Counted from the first letter of the stretch, positions 27,042 through 41,736 are shown. The stretch is DNA of 64,000 bases from Octopus vulgaris (GCA_951406725.2 OX597834.1:26660001-26724000), one strand, 5' to 3'. The notes: generated by a model from the letters alone, not told the origin. Numbers and translations: made by a program.

Positions 27042-28366
27042 TTAATGCAGTTTAAATATGTAGATTAAGATAGTTTGGTATTGGATATTTATCATGTACA
27101 ATGTTCCTGGTCAACTGAATCACAGTCGTAGGTGGACAGCAGAAATAAATTGACAAAATCCTTTCACTTTTATAAAAAGATTAAAAAAGTATGGAAGACT
27201 CAACATACAAAAAAAAACTATGTCAATTTACATCCAATTATGTGAGAGCTCTGGGCAAAATGTTATAATGCAGTAATGTGTGTGATGACTAGACTATCTA
27301 AGCACGTGTTTCGTAATTATGGACTTGATCCTCATCATTTTTGCCAACTGCAGTACTTTTATATCGGGTGCATGAGATCATCATGAGATTACTAGATTGG
27401 TGACATTTATCAGTGGTTTCTCCCATTGTGTTGATGCACCACATTCTATCATCAATAAAACTGTTGGCATTTTTTCATGACATGGATATGCTAGTTACGT
27501 AAATAAATATGACCAAGGAGTAGCTGTGTACTGACAAGTCATCAAGTGGGTGGTGTTGCTATCAAAGCCACTCACCTGATGCCTGTGTGTGTATAAAAGA
27601 GAAAGTGAGAGAAGGATGGAGAGATAAAGGATGGGATGGGTTGAACAGGAAAACGTGTAGATAATAAACGAGAGAAGGAGAGAGAGATGTGGATTGCTAG
27701 CTGATAAAGAAATAGATATACAAATAGGTAGATAGATTGATGGACAGGAGTAATTTAGACAGAGAGATAAAGCGATAGTGAAAGTAGAAAGTAGACAGAA
27801 ACAATTAAGATAGATAATAGAGATAGATTAGTACATAATGACAGAGAAATAAATAGAGAGAGACAGAGAGGTAAAAAAACAAATAGATAGAGTACTGTGT
27901 GTGTGTGGTTTATTTATTTTGAGCCTGAATGATTGCAGGACAATACATGGCACACCATACAAGTTTGTCTGATCATTGTACTATCAGAGCATGAAACTTA
28001 TTGGAGTTCACAATTTAATCTAGTCATTAGTTAATGATTCTTATCTCTCATTATATGGACTGCATTAACTACTTGATTTTACCAACAATGGGACAGTGTG
28101 TGTGTGTGTGTGTGTGTTATTTTGATAAGTAGTTATGTGAGAGGACAAGAGGATTCTGAAGATTTTGGGACAGACCATTTATCTGAGATTAGCAGTGAGA
28201 GCTGATCTCAAGAAGTTGAGCCTCATAAAAGGGATGGCAAAGGTTGCAACAAGGGGCAAGATGCTGTGTTGAAGAGGATGGTAAAAATGAACATAAAAAT
28301 GATGATAGTGAAGATGTCTGCTTCTCTCATTGTGTGCATGTGTAGCATCATCATCATCATCATCCC

Positions 28367-28413
<47 letters not shown>

Positions 28414-28438
28414 CCATCATCAACCCCATCATCATCCC

Positions 28439-28479
<41 letters not shown>

Positions 28480-28480
28480 C

Positions 28481-28511
<31 letters not shown>

Positions 28512-28883
28512 GTTTAATGTCTGCTTTCCATGCTGGTATGGGTTGGGATGGCTTGACACGGAGCTGGTCAGCTGGGGGTGCTGTCCAGACTTCAGTTGTC
28601 TGTTGTGACATGATGGCCACAGCTGGATGCCCTTCTAAAATGCCAACCATTTTTACAGAGATGGCATTTATGGAATGAAATATGGTGACTGCTCACTATT
28701 GTTGGAGGTGGACAGACATATCTGGTTTGTGGTTGCTATGATGAAGATGATGAAAAGAAGCAAGCAAGGGCTAAGTTAAAAGTTATGTATGTGGCTTTTG
28801 GGTAAACCTCCCATCCCTGAAAACGCTGCACATATAGTGCCTCTACACACATTCCATTTCTTCAAGAACACCAACCATTAAAA

Positions 28884-29312
28884 TACTCTTTACTCTCTTT
28901 TACTCTTTTACTTGTTTCAGTCATTTGACTGCGGCCATGCTGGAGCACCGCCTTTAGTCGAGCAATTTGACCCCGGGACTTATTCTTTGTAAGCTCAGTA
29001 CTTATTCTATTGGGCTCTTTTGCCGAACCGCTAAGTGACAGGGATGTAAACACACCAGCATCGGTTGTCAAGCAATGCTAGGGGGACAAACACATACACA
29101 CAAACACACACACATATATATATACATATATATATATATACATATATACGACAGGCTTCTTTCAGTTTCCGTCTACCAAATCCACTCACAAGGCATTGGT
29201 CGGCCCGGGGCTATAGCAGAAGACACTTGCCCAAGATGCCACGCAGTGGGACTGAACCCGGAACCATGTGGTTGGTTAGCAAGCTACTTACCAGACAGCC
29301 ACTCCTGCGCCT
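28884..29312 (-). mobile_element. SINE family A
   Basis: Full-length copy collinear with 2184-2612. Confidence 0.85.
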
Positions 29313-29632
29313 ATGCATACATTTTCCAGATATTCTCTTCCAGAAACCTCTTGTTGCCTTGCTACATCCCCGAGATGTTTTGGTGCCAATGGACATAAGT
29401 CTTAACTTAACCCTTGGTTTGTTCGTTTCATTGGCCTTTACACAGCAACTACAAATAGGATGTGTCTGTCCACCTCTAACAATAGAAAGCAGTCTCCATA
29501 CTTCATTCCATAACAGCCATCTCTGAAGAGTGCAGGGTTACATAACCGGATTGTTACCTAACACTGTTGAATCCCTAGTGCGAAACCAAATGGTGAGATA
29601 ACCATAATGGACATATAATACTGTACACTTTG

Positions 29633-29666
<34 letters not shown>

Positions 29667-29681
29667 AGAGGGAGAGAGAGA

Positions 29682-29763
<82 letters not shown>

Positions 29764-31470
29764 CAAACACACATACACACAGATGGCTGTGTGGTTAAGA
29801 AGTTTGCTTTGCAAGCATGTAATTTCAGGTTCAGTCCCACAATGTGGCACCTTGGACTGGTGTCTTCTACTGGCAAAAGGGACCGATAGATTAAGGACTA
29901 GGCTTACAAAGAATAAGTCTTGGGGGTCGAGTTGCTCGACTAAAGGTGGTGCTCCAGCATGGCCACAGTCAAATGACTGAAACACGTAAAAGAATAAAAG
30001 AATAGATTTTTGGCAGCAGAATCTTATACGGACCCCCACAAGGGCCATGAAGACCCTGGCTGAGAACTGCTGTTGTAATATAACGGTTCTGCAAAAGGGA
30101 CAGATGGAATAAGGACCAACCAGACTTAAAAAATACAGGTTCCGGGGCTGATTTTGTTTGATTAAATCCCTTCTAGGCGTCAGCCCAGCATGGACACAAT
30201 CCAGCAACCGAAACCCAGCAACAGAAGATAATAGAAGATAACTGAAGATAGAGTCTGCTTAGCTACACCAAGTGAAAGAGGTAATTGTGAAGTTGCCAAG
30301 TAAAAAAAAATCTGTCTGTTTGTCTGCTTGTGTGCCTGCTGGTCTGTCGGGCTGTCCGTCTGTCTGTCTGTAGGTATGTTGTCTAGGTTGTTGTTGTTGC
30401 TGTTGTTGTTGTTATTGTTAACCACACCCATCCAATATGTTTCCAGCACAGCATGTGGCTCCTCTCACACTCACTCATTCCTTCACTCACACTTTCACAC
30501 TCTCTCTCAGGGTGGCAGTGGTGGCGGTGGTGGCGGCGGTGGTGGTGATGGTGGTGGCGGTGGTGGTGGTGGCGGTGGTGGTGATGGTGGTGGTTGTGGT
30601 GATGGTGGTGGCGATGGTGGTGATGGCGGTGGCGATGGTGGTGCTGGTGATGGTGGTGGCGGTGGTGGCGATGGTGGTGGTGGTGGTGGTGGTGGTGGTG
30701 GCGGCGGCGGCGGCGGTGGTGATGGTGGTGGTGGCAGTGAACAGTGATATCTGTGAGTATATGTTCAAGCATGTGTATATGTACATGTCTGTCTGTGCGT
30801 TTATATATCCCATCATATTTCCATATGTGTGTGTGTGTGTGAGTATGAGTATGTATATGCATGTATACGTGTATGTATGTATGTGTGTGTATATAATCAT
30901 ATTTCCATAACTAATTGTGTGCACAAGTCTATCAGTTTTTGCATGTATATGCATATATATATGTATGTATATATATGTGTGTGTATATGCATGTATATGT
31001 GTGTGTGAAAAAATTTTCATGTATATGCATGTGTGACTCAGCATGTATGTATATGCATGTATGTATATGTATGTATGTATGTGTGCGTATGTGTATAGCT
31101 GGTTGAATGAACTTTCATATATAGATACATGCGTGTATATGTGTGTTGCATGTGTGTATGTATATGGGAGGATTTATGAATTTTCATATACAAGTGTGTA
31201 TATGTAGGTAGGTGTGTGCGTGTGCGTGTGTGTGTGTGTGAGAGTAAGTATCTGTGTCTGAAGGATGTTGTCATGGTAACATAATGTGGTATTGGGAATG
31301 CAAGCGATGTGAATGTGTGAGGAGATTATGAGTGTATGTATGTGTATGTGTGTTGTGTGAGTGTATTCAAGATGTGTATATGGGTGTGTGTGTTTGTGTG
31401 TGTGTGTGTGTATGAGTATGCATGTGGTTGTCTTAGTATGATGTCTATAAATGTTTAGATCCAAGTGAGA

Positions 31471-31517
<47 letters not shown>

Positions 31518-31846
31518 GTGTGTGCAACAAAGATATGTATGTGTGTATAAATAAATTTGTGCACATGTGTGTATGTGGTATAATGAATATGTGTGTGAAT
31601 GTGCATATTTGATGCATATATTCCATTGTAGTAGTGCATGTATAAATACGCATGCATCAGTGTACATTGACTTATGAGTGTGCATGTATATCAGCATGTG
31701 TTGCATTAATGCTTTGTAAGTGGGTGTGTCTATGCATGTTGACACAATTCTGTGTGTGTGAGTGTTTTTAAAGTATGTAGCTTTCATGAGAGCATACGTG
31801 ACTGAGCTCAATAGGATTATGTCATGTATACATATATAATAATATA

Positions 31847-31882
<36 letters not shown>

Positions 31883-31883
<1 letters not shown>

Positions 31884-32358
31884 ATCATCATCATCATCAT
31901 CGGCATCGTTTAACGTCCGTTTTCCGTGCTAGCACGGGTTGGACGGTTCGACTGGGGTCTGGGAAGCCAGAAGGCTGCACCAGGCTCCAGTCTGATCTGG
32001 CAGAGTTTCTACAGCTGCATGCCCTTCCTAACGCCAACCACTCCACGAGTGTAGTGGGTGCTTTTTACATGCCACCTGCACAGGTACCAGGGGGGGCCGG
32101 CATCGGCCACGATCGGTTGGAGCTTTTAATGTGCCACCGGCACGGAAGCCAGCCAAGGTGGCGCTGGCAATGGCCACGTTCGGATAGTGCTTTTTATGTG
32201 CCACCGGCACTGGAGCCAGTCGAGGCAGCGGTGGCATTGGCCACGTTCGGATGGTGCTTTTTATGTGCCACCGGCACAGAAGCCAGTCGAGGCGGCACTG
32301 GCATCGACCACGTTCGGATGGTGCTTTTTATGTACTACCGGCACAGAAGCCAGTCGAG
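31883..32358 (-). mobile_element. SINE-like family C with about five internal ~62-bp modules
   Basis: Repeated gtgcttttta(c/t)GTGCCaccGGCAC...gccagtcgaggcggc modules. Confidence 0.75.
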
Positions 32359-32372
32359 TATATATATATATA

Positions 32373-32928
32373 CGAGCAAAACGCCCCCCGTCCCATGGAT
32401 GGTGCTGAATCATATCTGCAGAATAAAAAGCAATCAGTGTTTTCTTTTGATTAAAAAATAATTAAGCATGCCTTTATTTCAATAAAATTTTTGGTTTTGA
32501 TAAACGAAGTTAAGGCAAAAAAAAAAAAAAACTTCTTGAGAAATCAAATAGTCTTTCCTTCCTTCATGCCAAGTTTGAAGAAAATATCTCTTTTGCATCT
32601 TAGTTTTTTGGTCTCTTAAATATACTGCATTTTGTGGCAATATTTCAAGCCAGCCGGCATTTTTGCACAAACTGCACATGCATTTTTCTCGCGTATGCGT
32701 AGTATAAAGCGCAACAGCTGATGTACTTGCAAGTACAAATGCACGTTCCCACAGCTTTATAGATCGCATTCTCACCTGGAATCGATTTTTGTAACGTTTT
32801 CAAGACTTATACATGCCCTGATACCATCGGTATCTACATATCAAATTTGAGCGCAATCGGATGGAGGATGTCCAAGATCCGAGAAGACACACACACATAG
32901 ACAGACAGAACAGATTTTATATAATAGA
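32373..32928 (-). mobile_element. Non-autonomous Helitron-like element (related 5' end at ~23435 on +)
   Basis: 5' A|TCTATTATATAAA..tctgtctgtc; 3' GC hairpin (ccatccatgggacgg) then CTCG|T, a variant of CTAG. Confidence 0.55.
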
Positions 32929-34395
32929 TATACACACATATATATATGCATATATACATACATATATATACATGCTTGCATCTATATGTATACACATATG
33001 CATATGTGGGCACAGGATGTCATGAAATGTGTACAACAAAAAAGTACGTAGCACAAGTACATGGAACAAGAACTATTCTTTCGAACAACAAAAGACACAA
33101 ATGGAAAACAAAACAAACATAAAGAACGACCCTTCATCAGTTGCTGGCTGTTTCTCTAGTCTTGTATTTCGAGCATTTAACAACAATATATGCTTTCGAT
33201 AAACAGTTGCTCCCGGCAGAGCAAATTAAATAAAATTTGGGAATTCTGCGGAAGATCAAAATAGGTAACACAAACAGGACAGTGAAAACAAACAGGAAGG
33301 GCTGCTAAGCCTAAATGAGGTTGTGGTGGCGAACGCGTAAATCAAGCTAGGACAGGAAACAAACAAGAATACGCCTTCCTTGTTCCGCTTACAATGGAGA
33401 GAAAGAAAGAAAGATGGCCGATGGTCACGTAGTTGCCACATGAGCAAGGGTGGAGGAGAGAGGGAGAGAGAGTGACAGAGTAATAGGATAGAATAGTGGG
33501 AGAAGAGGAAGTAAAAGAATAAGGGAGAGAAAAATGAAAGAGTAAAAAGATCGTATAGAGTGCGCATCAGAATTATTAAGATAAAACTTACATGGAAGTA
33601 TACGATCTTTTTACTCTTTCTTACATACACTTTGGTCTCTTATATGTAAGTATACATAGATCTAAATTTTGCATGACTCTGTTATTCTTTCTAATCTTTC
33701 TATCACCCCTTTCACACTTCGTTCATTCTACTCTTCGTTCTTTTGTTCCCCTTCTCTCACTTTTCCTGGCCTTCTCTTCATACTCACTTTCCCTCCTCTT
33801 TCACTTCACTGTATCCTTTTCATTTTTTTTCTCGCCCCTCCTTAATTCTTCTATCTCTCTGCCTCTACCCCCCTCTCTTCTCTCCCCACATGACCAGTGT
33901 TCGGCCAAGCCTGACCTTTCTTTCTTGGTTTGACTACCATCCGTGCAACATCTATATTCCTCTCTGTGCCTGTCAAATCTTATCTCCATGCTGTAAGGTT
34001 TTACTTCCACACATGCCAGCTTAATTTAATTCATCCTTAGTCGAAAGACACCTGTTGTTATGTCCTGTGAATTGCATTTGTATTTGTGTAACATTTCTCC
34101 GTTTTTTTTCCATCCTTGTTTTCGTATACATGCGCTGCTTTCTTCCAAGGAATCTAATGCTCTTAGCTTAGGTTTTCCTTGGGGCTGGCCAGGTTGGAGC
34201 AATCTTGAGTATAACCAGCAAAAATTGCAAAGATAATCTGGAACTCGACTGAGGATAGAAAACTCCAAATAACCCGTCCTTGTTTTTCTTTGTATCGTCT
34301 ATCTGGATGTTTTGTTGCCCTTTTTGTGTATCACCTAACTGTCTGGATGTTTTGCATTCTTGTTCCATTTTGTATTTTATCTATATCTATATCTA

Positions 34396-34466
<71 letters not shown>

Positions 34467-34482
34467 ATATATATATATATAT

Positions 34483-34546
<64 letters not shown>

Positions 34547-34899
34547 GTATATGACAGGTTTCTTTCAATTTCTGTCTACAAAATCCACCCACATGGGCCT
34601 TGGTCGGTTATAATAGAAGACACTTGCTCAAGATGCCACGCAGCAGGACTGAATCCAGAACCATATGGTTGGGTAGCAAGCTTCTTACCACAAAGCCACT
34701 CCTGCACCTATATATATATACATATGTATATATATGTACATATGTATGTTTATATATATGCATATGTATATGTATATATACACATACAGCATTATACTTA
34801 CAGAGGAAGGAAAGCAAAATCTTCCTGTTATATGTATTTTATTCTGACACCAATAGCAACCAATGATAAGTAATGCCTCTTCATTCCCATCTCTTTCTC

Positions 34900-35261
34900 T
34901 TCTTCCTCCTCTTTCATACCAGGGTTATAATTATCATCATCCTCATCAGCACCTTTCATCTTCTTCTTCCTTCTCCTTTTCTGTACTTTCTTCTTCACCA
35001 TCTTCTCTGTCTTTCCTTCTTCTTCTTCTTCTTCTTCTTCTTCTTCTTCTTCTTCTTCTTTCTTCTTCTTCTTCTTCTTCTTCTTCTTCTTCTTCTTCTC
35101 CTCCTCCTCCTCCTCCTCCTCTTCTTCTTCTTCTTCTTCTTCTTCTTCTCCTCCTCCTCCTCCTCCTCTTCTTCTTCTTCTTCTTCTTCTTCTTCTTCTC
35201 CTCCTTCTCCTCCTCCTTCTCCTCCTCCTCCCCCTCCTCTTCCTCTTCTTCTTCTTCTTCT

Positions 35262-35308
<47 letters not shown>

Positions 35309-35545
35309 TTCTTCTTCTTCTTCTCTCCCCACCCTCTTCTTCTTCTTCTTCTTCTTCTTCTTCTTCTTCTTCTTCTTCTCCTCCTCCTCCTCCTCCTCTT
35401 CTTCTTCTTCTTCTCTCCCCACCCCTCCTCCTCTTCTTGTTCTTGTTCTTGTTCTTGTTCTTGTTCTTGTTCTTCTTCTCCTCCTCTTCCTCCTCTCCAC
35501 CTCCTCTTTCTTTTCCCCTCCTCTTCTTCTCTTCCTCCACCACCA
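34900..35545. repeat. (CTT)/(CCT)n polypyrimidine tract; nearby (CCA)n 35925-36360; (GGT)n 30510-30735; (AG)n 9410-9815
   Basis: Direct reading. Confidence 0.95.
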
Positions 35546-36507
35546 TCACTGCTACCGCCCCACCCCTGTATGTACACATACAGACACTGCCATGTCTCAC
35601 TCTGCTACAACCCAGCAGCAATCATTTTACGATCATTCACCTCTATACCGCTCTCTACATGCTCAATACACACCCAGCTAGAAACAGCAGCCAAATCTTC
35701 ATCAAATTACACCCACCCACTGTCTTTGAAAAACAAGAATAAAAAAAAAAGAAGCCCATCTTGGATAGTGCTGTTTAAGGTACACTTTGATTATGAAAAA
35801 GACAGGGGTTGTCATGCCTGGAAAGTATTTGATGGTAGGTTTTATATTTGATTCGCACTGGCTCGGGGTTAAACAACTACAACACCTAGTGCACCTTACC
35901 TATGCTAACACAATTAGCACCATCAAATCACCTCCACCACTGACGCCACCACCACCACCACTACTGCCACCACCACCACCACCACCACCACCACCACCAC
36001 CACTACCACCAGCAGCAGCACCAGCACCACCAGCACCAGCACCAGCACCACCACCAGCACCAGCACCACCACCACCACCATCACCACCACCAGCACGACC
36101 ACCAGCACTACTACCATCACCACCACCAGCACGACCACCAGCACCACCAGCATCACCACCACCACCACCACCACAACCACCACCACCACCACCACCACCA
36201 CCACCAGCCCCACCAGCCCCACCACCACCACCACCACCACCACCACCACCACCACCACCACCACCACCACCACCACCACCACCACCACAACCACCACCAC
36301 CTGCACCATCACTACTGGCATCATCGCCACTGGTACCACACCGCCACCGCCACCATTGACTACAACCATAACAACAGCAACAACACTGCCTCTTTCTTCA
36401 TCTCTCTGAAATCCTCTTTACTTTTACTATTTTAGCTGAACTGCTGCCGGCTCTTCAGAGCGGCAGATGAAGCACTGGGATGCGGGTAAAGAAGGGAAAA
36501 GAAGAGC

Positions 36508-36598
<91 letters not shown>

Positions 36599-37692
36599 TG
36601 TCCTCTTTCTCTCTCTTCCTATTACTGGGCTATTTGGAATGTGGAAGTGATGAACCCAAAGACTGAAGCAGTGGTCGACAATATGTATCGCAGCTTCACC
36701 ATTGATTTCTCCATAACCTTGGTTCCAAAACCTTGAGGAATTAACCGTTTTTGCCAAACCATCCTTACTCACATAAAAACAGTTCAGCAACCCACCTCAT
36801 CATCATCATCATCATCGTTTAACGTCTGTTCTCCATGCTAGCATGGGTTGGATGGTTCGACCGGGGGTCTGGGAAGCCAGAAGGCTGCACCAGGCTCCGG
36901 TCTTATCTGGCAATGTTTCTACAGCTGGATGCCCTTCCTAACGCCAACCACTCCGTGAGTGTAGTGAGTGCTTTTTATGTGCCACCTGCACTGGAGCCTG
37001 GCGAGGCTGGCATCGGTCACGGTCGGATTGGTGCATTTTACGTGCCACCTGCACGGAAGCCAGTCGAGGCGGAACTTGCTTCGGCCAAGATTCGGATGGT
37101 GCTTTTTACGTGCCACCGACACGGAGCCAGTCGAGGTAGTGCTGGCATCGGCCATGATTCGGATAGTGCTTTTTATTAATTATAAACGTCTTATTAATGA
37201 AGTCTGATGAACTGCTCAGTTTGCTCCCTGCCCACGTGGTTCTGGGTTCAGTCCCGCTGCATGGCGCTTTGGGCAAGTGTCTTCTACTATAGTCTTGGGC
37301 TGACCAGTCAGGCGGTACTGGCAACGACCTCGCTTGAATCTTTTACACATGCCACCAGCACAGGTGCCATTAAGGCGATGCTGGTAACGATCACGCTTGG
37401 ATGGTGCCTTTTATGTGTCACTGGCACGGAGGCCAGATAGCCGCTCTGGCAACGATCACGATCGGATGGAGCTCTTAACACCCTACTAGCATGGGGCTCG
37501 AGTGCCAGTAAGGCGACGCTGGTAACGATCACGCTCGAATGGTGCCTTTTATGTGTCACTGGCACAGAGGCCAGATAGCCGCTCTGGCAACGATCACGAT
37601 CGGATGGAGCTCTTAACATCCTACTAGTACGGGGCTCGAGTGCCAGTAAGGCGATGCTGGTAACGATCACACTCGAATGGTGCCTTTTATGT

Positions 37693-37752
<60 letters not shown>

Positions 37753-38139
37753 TTCTGTTATAGAATTCTCAAGTAGAGAATCTCTCAAAATGTTTGTTTC
37801 ACCATAAACATAATGGAAATAATGTTTGTGAAAACATTGTACATACAAGGCCACCTGCGGTCGCATTGTAAACTAGTCTGGTGGTCAAAGGAATTTCATG
37901 ATCTGCTTCATAATTTATCCAGACTAAATGAGGTGTCGGATCATTAATTGATGGAAAATCAGTGGTGTACCTGTTCTGCGTTATTTCAGTTATTAATGTT
38001 TCTATTTGACGAAACATCACTGCATGTTCTTGGATTCTGTTACTCCGTACAGATAAAGAAACCACACAGAGGTTCCATCAGTACCTCAGACCTATTTTAA
38101 TAATTGGTGACTGTGGGGTTCATACAGTAATACAATTAA

Positions 38140-38360
38140 CCCTTTCGTTACTGTATTTATTTTGAGATGTTCTGTGTTTCTTTCAATTACTTTAAATATA
38201 ACAAAAAATTTAGTAAAATAACTTAGTTATCATTAAGCTTGTATTAGGAACATAAATTGTGACTAAGGTTTGGTGGGAGATTTTAATTGAAACCTTAAGA
38301 AAACAAGACATTTGTACAACAGAACCAGAGCCGGTTTCAGTCGGGTTGGTAACAAAAGGG
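38140..38360. mobile_element. Second piggyBac-like TTAA MITE family (inverted partial copy at ~11985-12195)
   Basis: TTAA-CCCTTTCGTTAC...GTAACAAAAGGG-TTAA. Confidence 0.75.
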
Positions 38361-40124
38361 TTAAATAGCACAAGGGATGTGTCGAAGATTATAGTTTCTG
38401 CAGGTTCAAATGTGACCCTATATGCCAAGGCCTACTTTTTCGAAAAAGACTGATAATCATCCATGTAAAAACATTAAAAAAACCCATCAGTTTTCACTAA
38501 TTTTGTCGGCTAAAAAGATAGTCCAGAGCATTTCCAAGGGCTCTGAGAAAAAAAATCTGAAAAACCCCCATCAAAATAGAAAAATTCCAGCTTGGTGTTT
38601 CCTAAGTCTGACGGCTGCCCAAGTTTCGTCTCTCCATACCATTAGCATTTAACCAAGGGAAAGGCTGCCAATTTGGACAGATTGTACTTGGCACCAGTGT
38701 TGTGGATGTTGCTGCCAAAATGCAAAGAGCTTGAAGATATTATAAGGCTTCTTTTTTTCTTCATCTTTTAGTCAGGAGAGATGGTAATAACCATGACCCT
38801 TCTTCAGGGCCTCTGAGACTGGTGGGCTGGGTAGGGAGATGTAACTTCAAACTAGGGATCTGGTTTGAATGCTTTTTATAGAGTGAATTCCACTGAAAGC
38901 ATTTAAGGCGGTAAGAAGGTAAGATGGTGGTGTTAGACTGAGTAACAGATTAAGTATATAAACGTACATATGTATGTATATATGTTTATACACTTAATCT
39001 GTTACTCAGTTTAACAGCACCTTCTAACCCTCCTGCCACCATCTGGCCACTTCCCACTATCTGGCCTCCTTGTATGTACGTATGTATCTATCTACCTACA
39101 CTTCCTACTTACATACATACATACTCTGTCAATTGGTTTAACACCACCATCTGATACATTAAAAGCATAAAAATTAGAAAAAAAAACTACCTAAAAACCA
39201 ATACTGGAGTGGAAAATCAAATGAAATACATGTGAAAATATATATAAATCATTTATTACAATAGCTATGAGCTTGATACCTTTCTTTAAAAGGTCTTTCA
39301 TGTGACGTCATTTTCCAAGTCAATTCATACATCTTGGAACTAATCACCAATGTAAATTGAGGTATCATCATCATTGTTTAACGTCCGTTCTCCATGCTAG
39401 CATGGGTTGGACGGTTCGACCGGGGATCTGGGAAGCCAGAAGGCTGCACCAGGCTCCAGTCTTATCTGGCAATGTTTCTACAGCTGGATGCCCTTCCTAA
39501 CGCCAACCACTCCGTGAGTGTAGTGGGTGCTTTTTACGTGCCACCTGCACAGGTGCCAGGCGAGGCTGGCAACGGCCACGGTCGGATTGGTGTATTTTAT
39601 GTGCCACCGGCACGGAAGCCAGTCGAGGCGGCGCTGGCATCGGTCACGAGTCGGATAGTGTTTTTACGTACCACCAGACCAGGGATCCTGGCTGGTTCAA
39701 TTTGATTTCGATTTCGCTTGCCCCAACATGTCTTCGCAAGCAAAGGGGGTTGGCATGGGTGCCTGTCGTATGACTGTATATATAGTTTATATACTTAATA
39801 CTTGATACTTAAACAGATATCTAATACTTTTTTTACTGTACTGTGTTTTCATTCCTTTTTTCCATTTGTTATTTCATTATTGATCTTCTATATCAATGAA
39901 GCTATATCCTTTAATTTGCTGCTGCATTTCTTCACACAAAAGGAGAAGATACATTGCAGAACTGTTATTTTACTGAGTTATATTTATTTATCACCCAAAA
40001 GGAAACATCTGCATTGTCTGATGTTCCCAAACCAATTGTCAAGTATTCCACCTGTGAGGGATTGATGCTTGAGGGGTCGAAACATTTTGTGGTGATTAAT
40101 AAAAATTCTCGTATCTTCCATCTT

Positions 40125-40360
40125 CTTATTTCTTTATTGATCAAAAGGGGCTAAACACAGAGGGGACAAACAAGGACAGACAAATGGATTAAGTTGATTA
40201 CATCGAGCCCAGTACGTAACTGGTACTTATTTTATTGACCCCGAAAGGATGAAAGGCAAAGTCGACCTTGGCGGGATTTGAACTCAGAAAGCAGCAGTAG
40301 ATGAAATACCACAGAGCATTTCACCTGGCATGCTAACGTTTCTGCCAACTCGCCGCCTTT
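40125..40360 (-). mobile_element. SINE family B monomer
   Basis: One body plus head; 13-bp TSD tatcttccatctt. Confidence 0.85.
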
Positions 40361-40396
40361 TATCTTCCATCTTTTGTCTCCCATTAACCAAATATA

Positions 40397-40492
<96 letters not shown>

Positions 40493-40808
40493 GGGAGAGA
40501 ATCCACAAATGAGGAGCATTTTTGACTTTAAGAAGAAATGTATTTTACAAATGTTCATAACCTTACAAAATCTATATCAGCTAAGCATCTCTAAATGCTT
40601 TAAAACCATTTTAACACAATCTGAACACAATTTCAGGAAATTGTTACTATTCTCTTTAAGCATATAAAATACAAATTTTAAATGGGGCAAAATGAGTACT
40701 TCAGGGGAATGAACTCTTACAGTAACTCTTCTTATGTGAGTTGCGTCCCCTCCTAAAATTCTGGCGTAAATGATATTCGAGAAAAATTTTATATTATTAA
40801 ATATTCTC

Positions 40809-41685
40809 GGTGCTACTTTATCTGGCGGTCTATCGCAGTATCCTACTTTATCGTGCGGTCAACCGCAGTTTCATGTCTACGCTGTGAAATTACTTTTAGA
40901 GTGCGGTCTATCTTTTCTTACCCTCTTAACCCGAGTTAATTTTAACCGTAACAATGCTGTTAAGGGATTTCTATAGACGTACAATTTTTTTTACAGAGGA
41001 AACAGCAGTTGTATTTTTACAAGAAAGCAATTTTCTGGATACATCACAAGAAGCAGATCCTTGTCATCGATGTGGTAGCGTCATGCAAGACAAATGCAAA
41101 TATGACAGAAGTGGAGAATAGTGTAAAAGGGTAAGAAAAGGTAGGCCGCACGCTTATAGTAACTTCACAGCATAAACAGAATACTGCGGTATACCGTACG
41201 CTAAAATAGGATACTGCGATATACTGCACACTAAAGCAGGATACTGCGGTGGACCGCACGCTAAAGTCTTTCTTTTCTCTCTTTAGCACTCCTTCGGTTA
41301 CGACGACGAGGGTTCCGGTTGATCTGAATCAACGGAACAGCCTGCTCGTGAAATTAACGTGCAAGTGGCTGAGCACTCTACAGACACGTGCACCCTTAAC
41401 GTAGTTCTCGGGGATATTCAGCGTGACACAGAGAGTGACAAGGCCGGCCCCTTGAAATACAGGTACAACAGAAACAGGAAGTAAGAGTGAGAGAAAGTTG
41501 TGGTGAAAGAGTACAGCAGGGATCACCACCATCCCTACCGGAGCCTCGTGGAGCTTTAGGTGTTTTCGCTCAATAAACACTCACAACGCCCGGTCTGGGA
41601 ATCGAAACCGCGATCCTATGACCGTGAGTCCGCTGCCCTAACCACTGGGCCATTGCGCCTCCACACTGCACGCTAAAGTAGCACC
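40809..41685. mobile_element. Fold-back/MITE with long degenerate inverted arms and ~30-bp subrepeats, interrupted by SINE D
   Basis: Termini ggtgctacttta and taaagtagcacc; 40809-40930 is inversely similar to ~41122-41267. Confidence 0.65.
41268..41667 (-). mobile_element. tRNA-derived SINE family D
   Basis: Head GGAGGCGCAATGGCCCAGTGGTTAGG...GGTTTCGATTCCC; TSD gcacgctaaagt; near-identical to 55255-55640. Confidence 0.85.
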
Positions 41686-41736
41686 ATATTCTGTCTGTCT
41701 GTCTCTCCCCACCTCTCTCTCTCTCTGCAGATATAT

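Noticed and set aside
33125-33200. CTGATGA/CTGAAGA motifs at ~33135, 22445, 34250 and 57000 as hammerheads
   Set aside because: I could not assemble a convincing stem II, GAAA and cleavage triplet around them.
34828-36369. Poly-E/K/R/S/L and poly-P ORFs resembling extensin or formin
   Set aside because: Trinucleotide microsatellites open in several frames, with no splice or domain context.
41590-41663. tRNA genes at SINE heads (also ~6623, 42030, 55640)
   Set aside because: A/B boxes are present, but each runs straight into a repeated SINE body, most with a TSD, and there is no proper acceptor stem.
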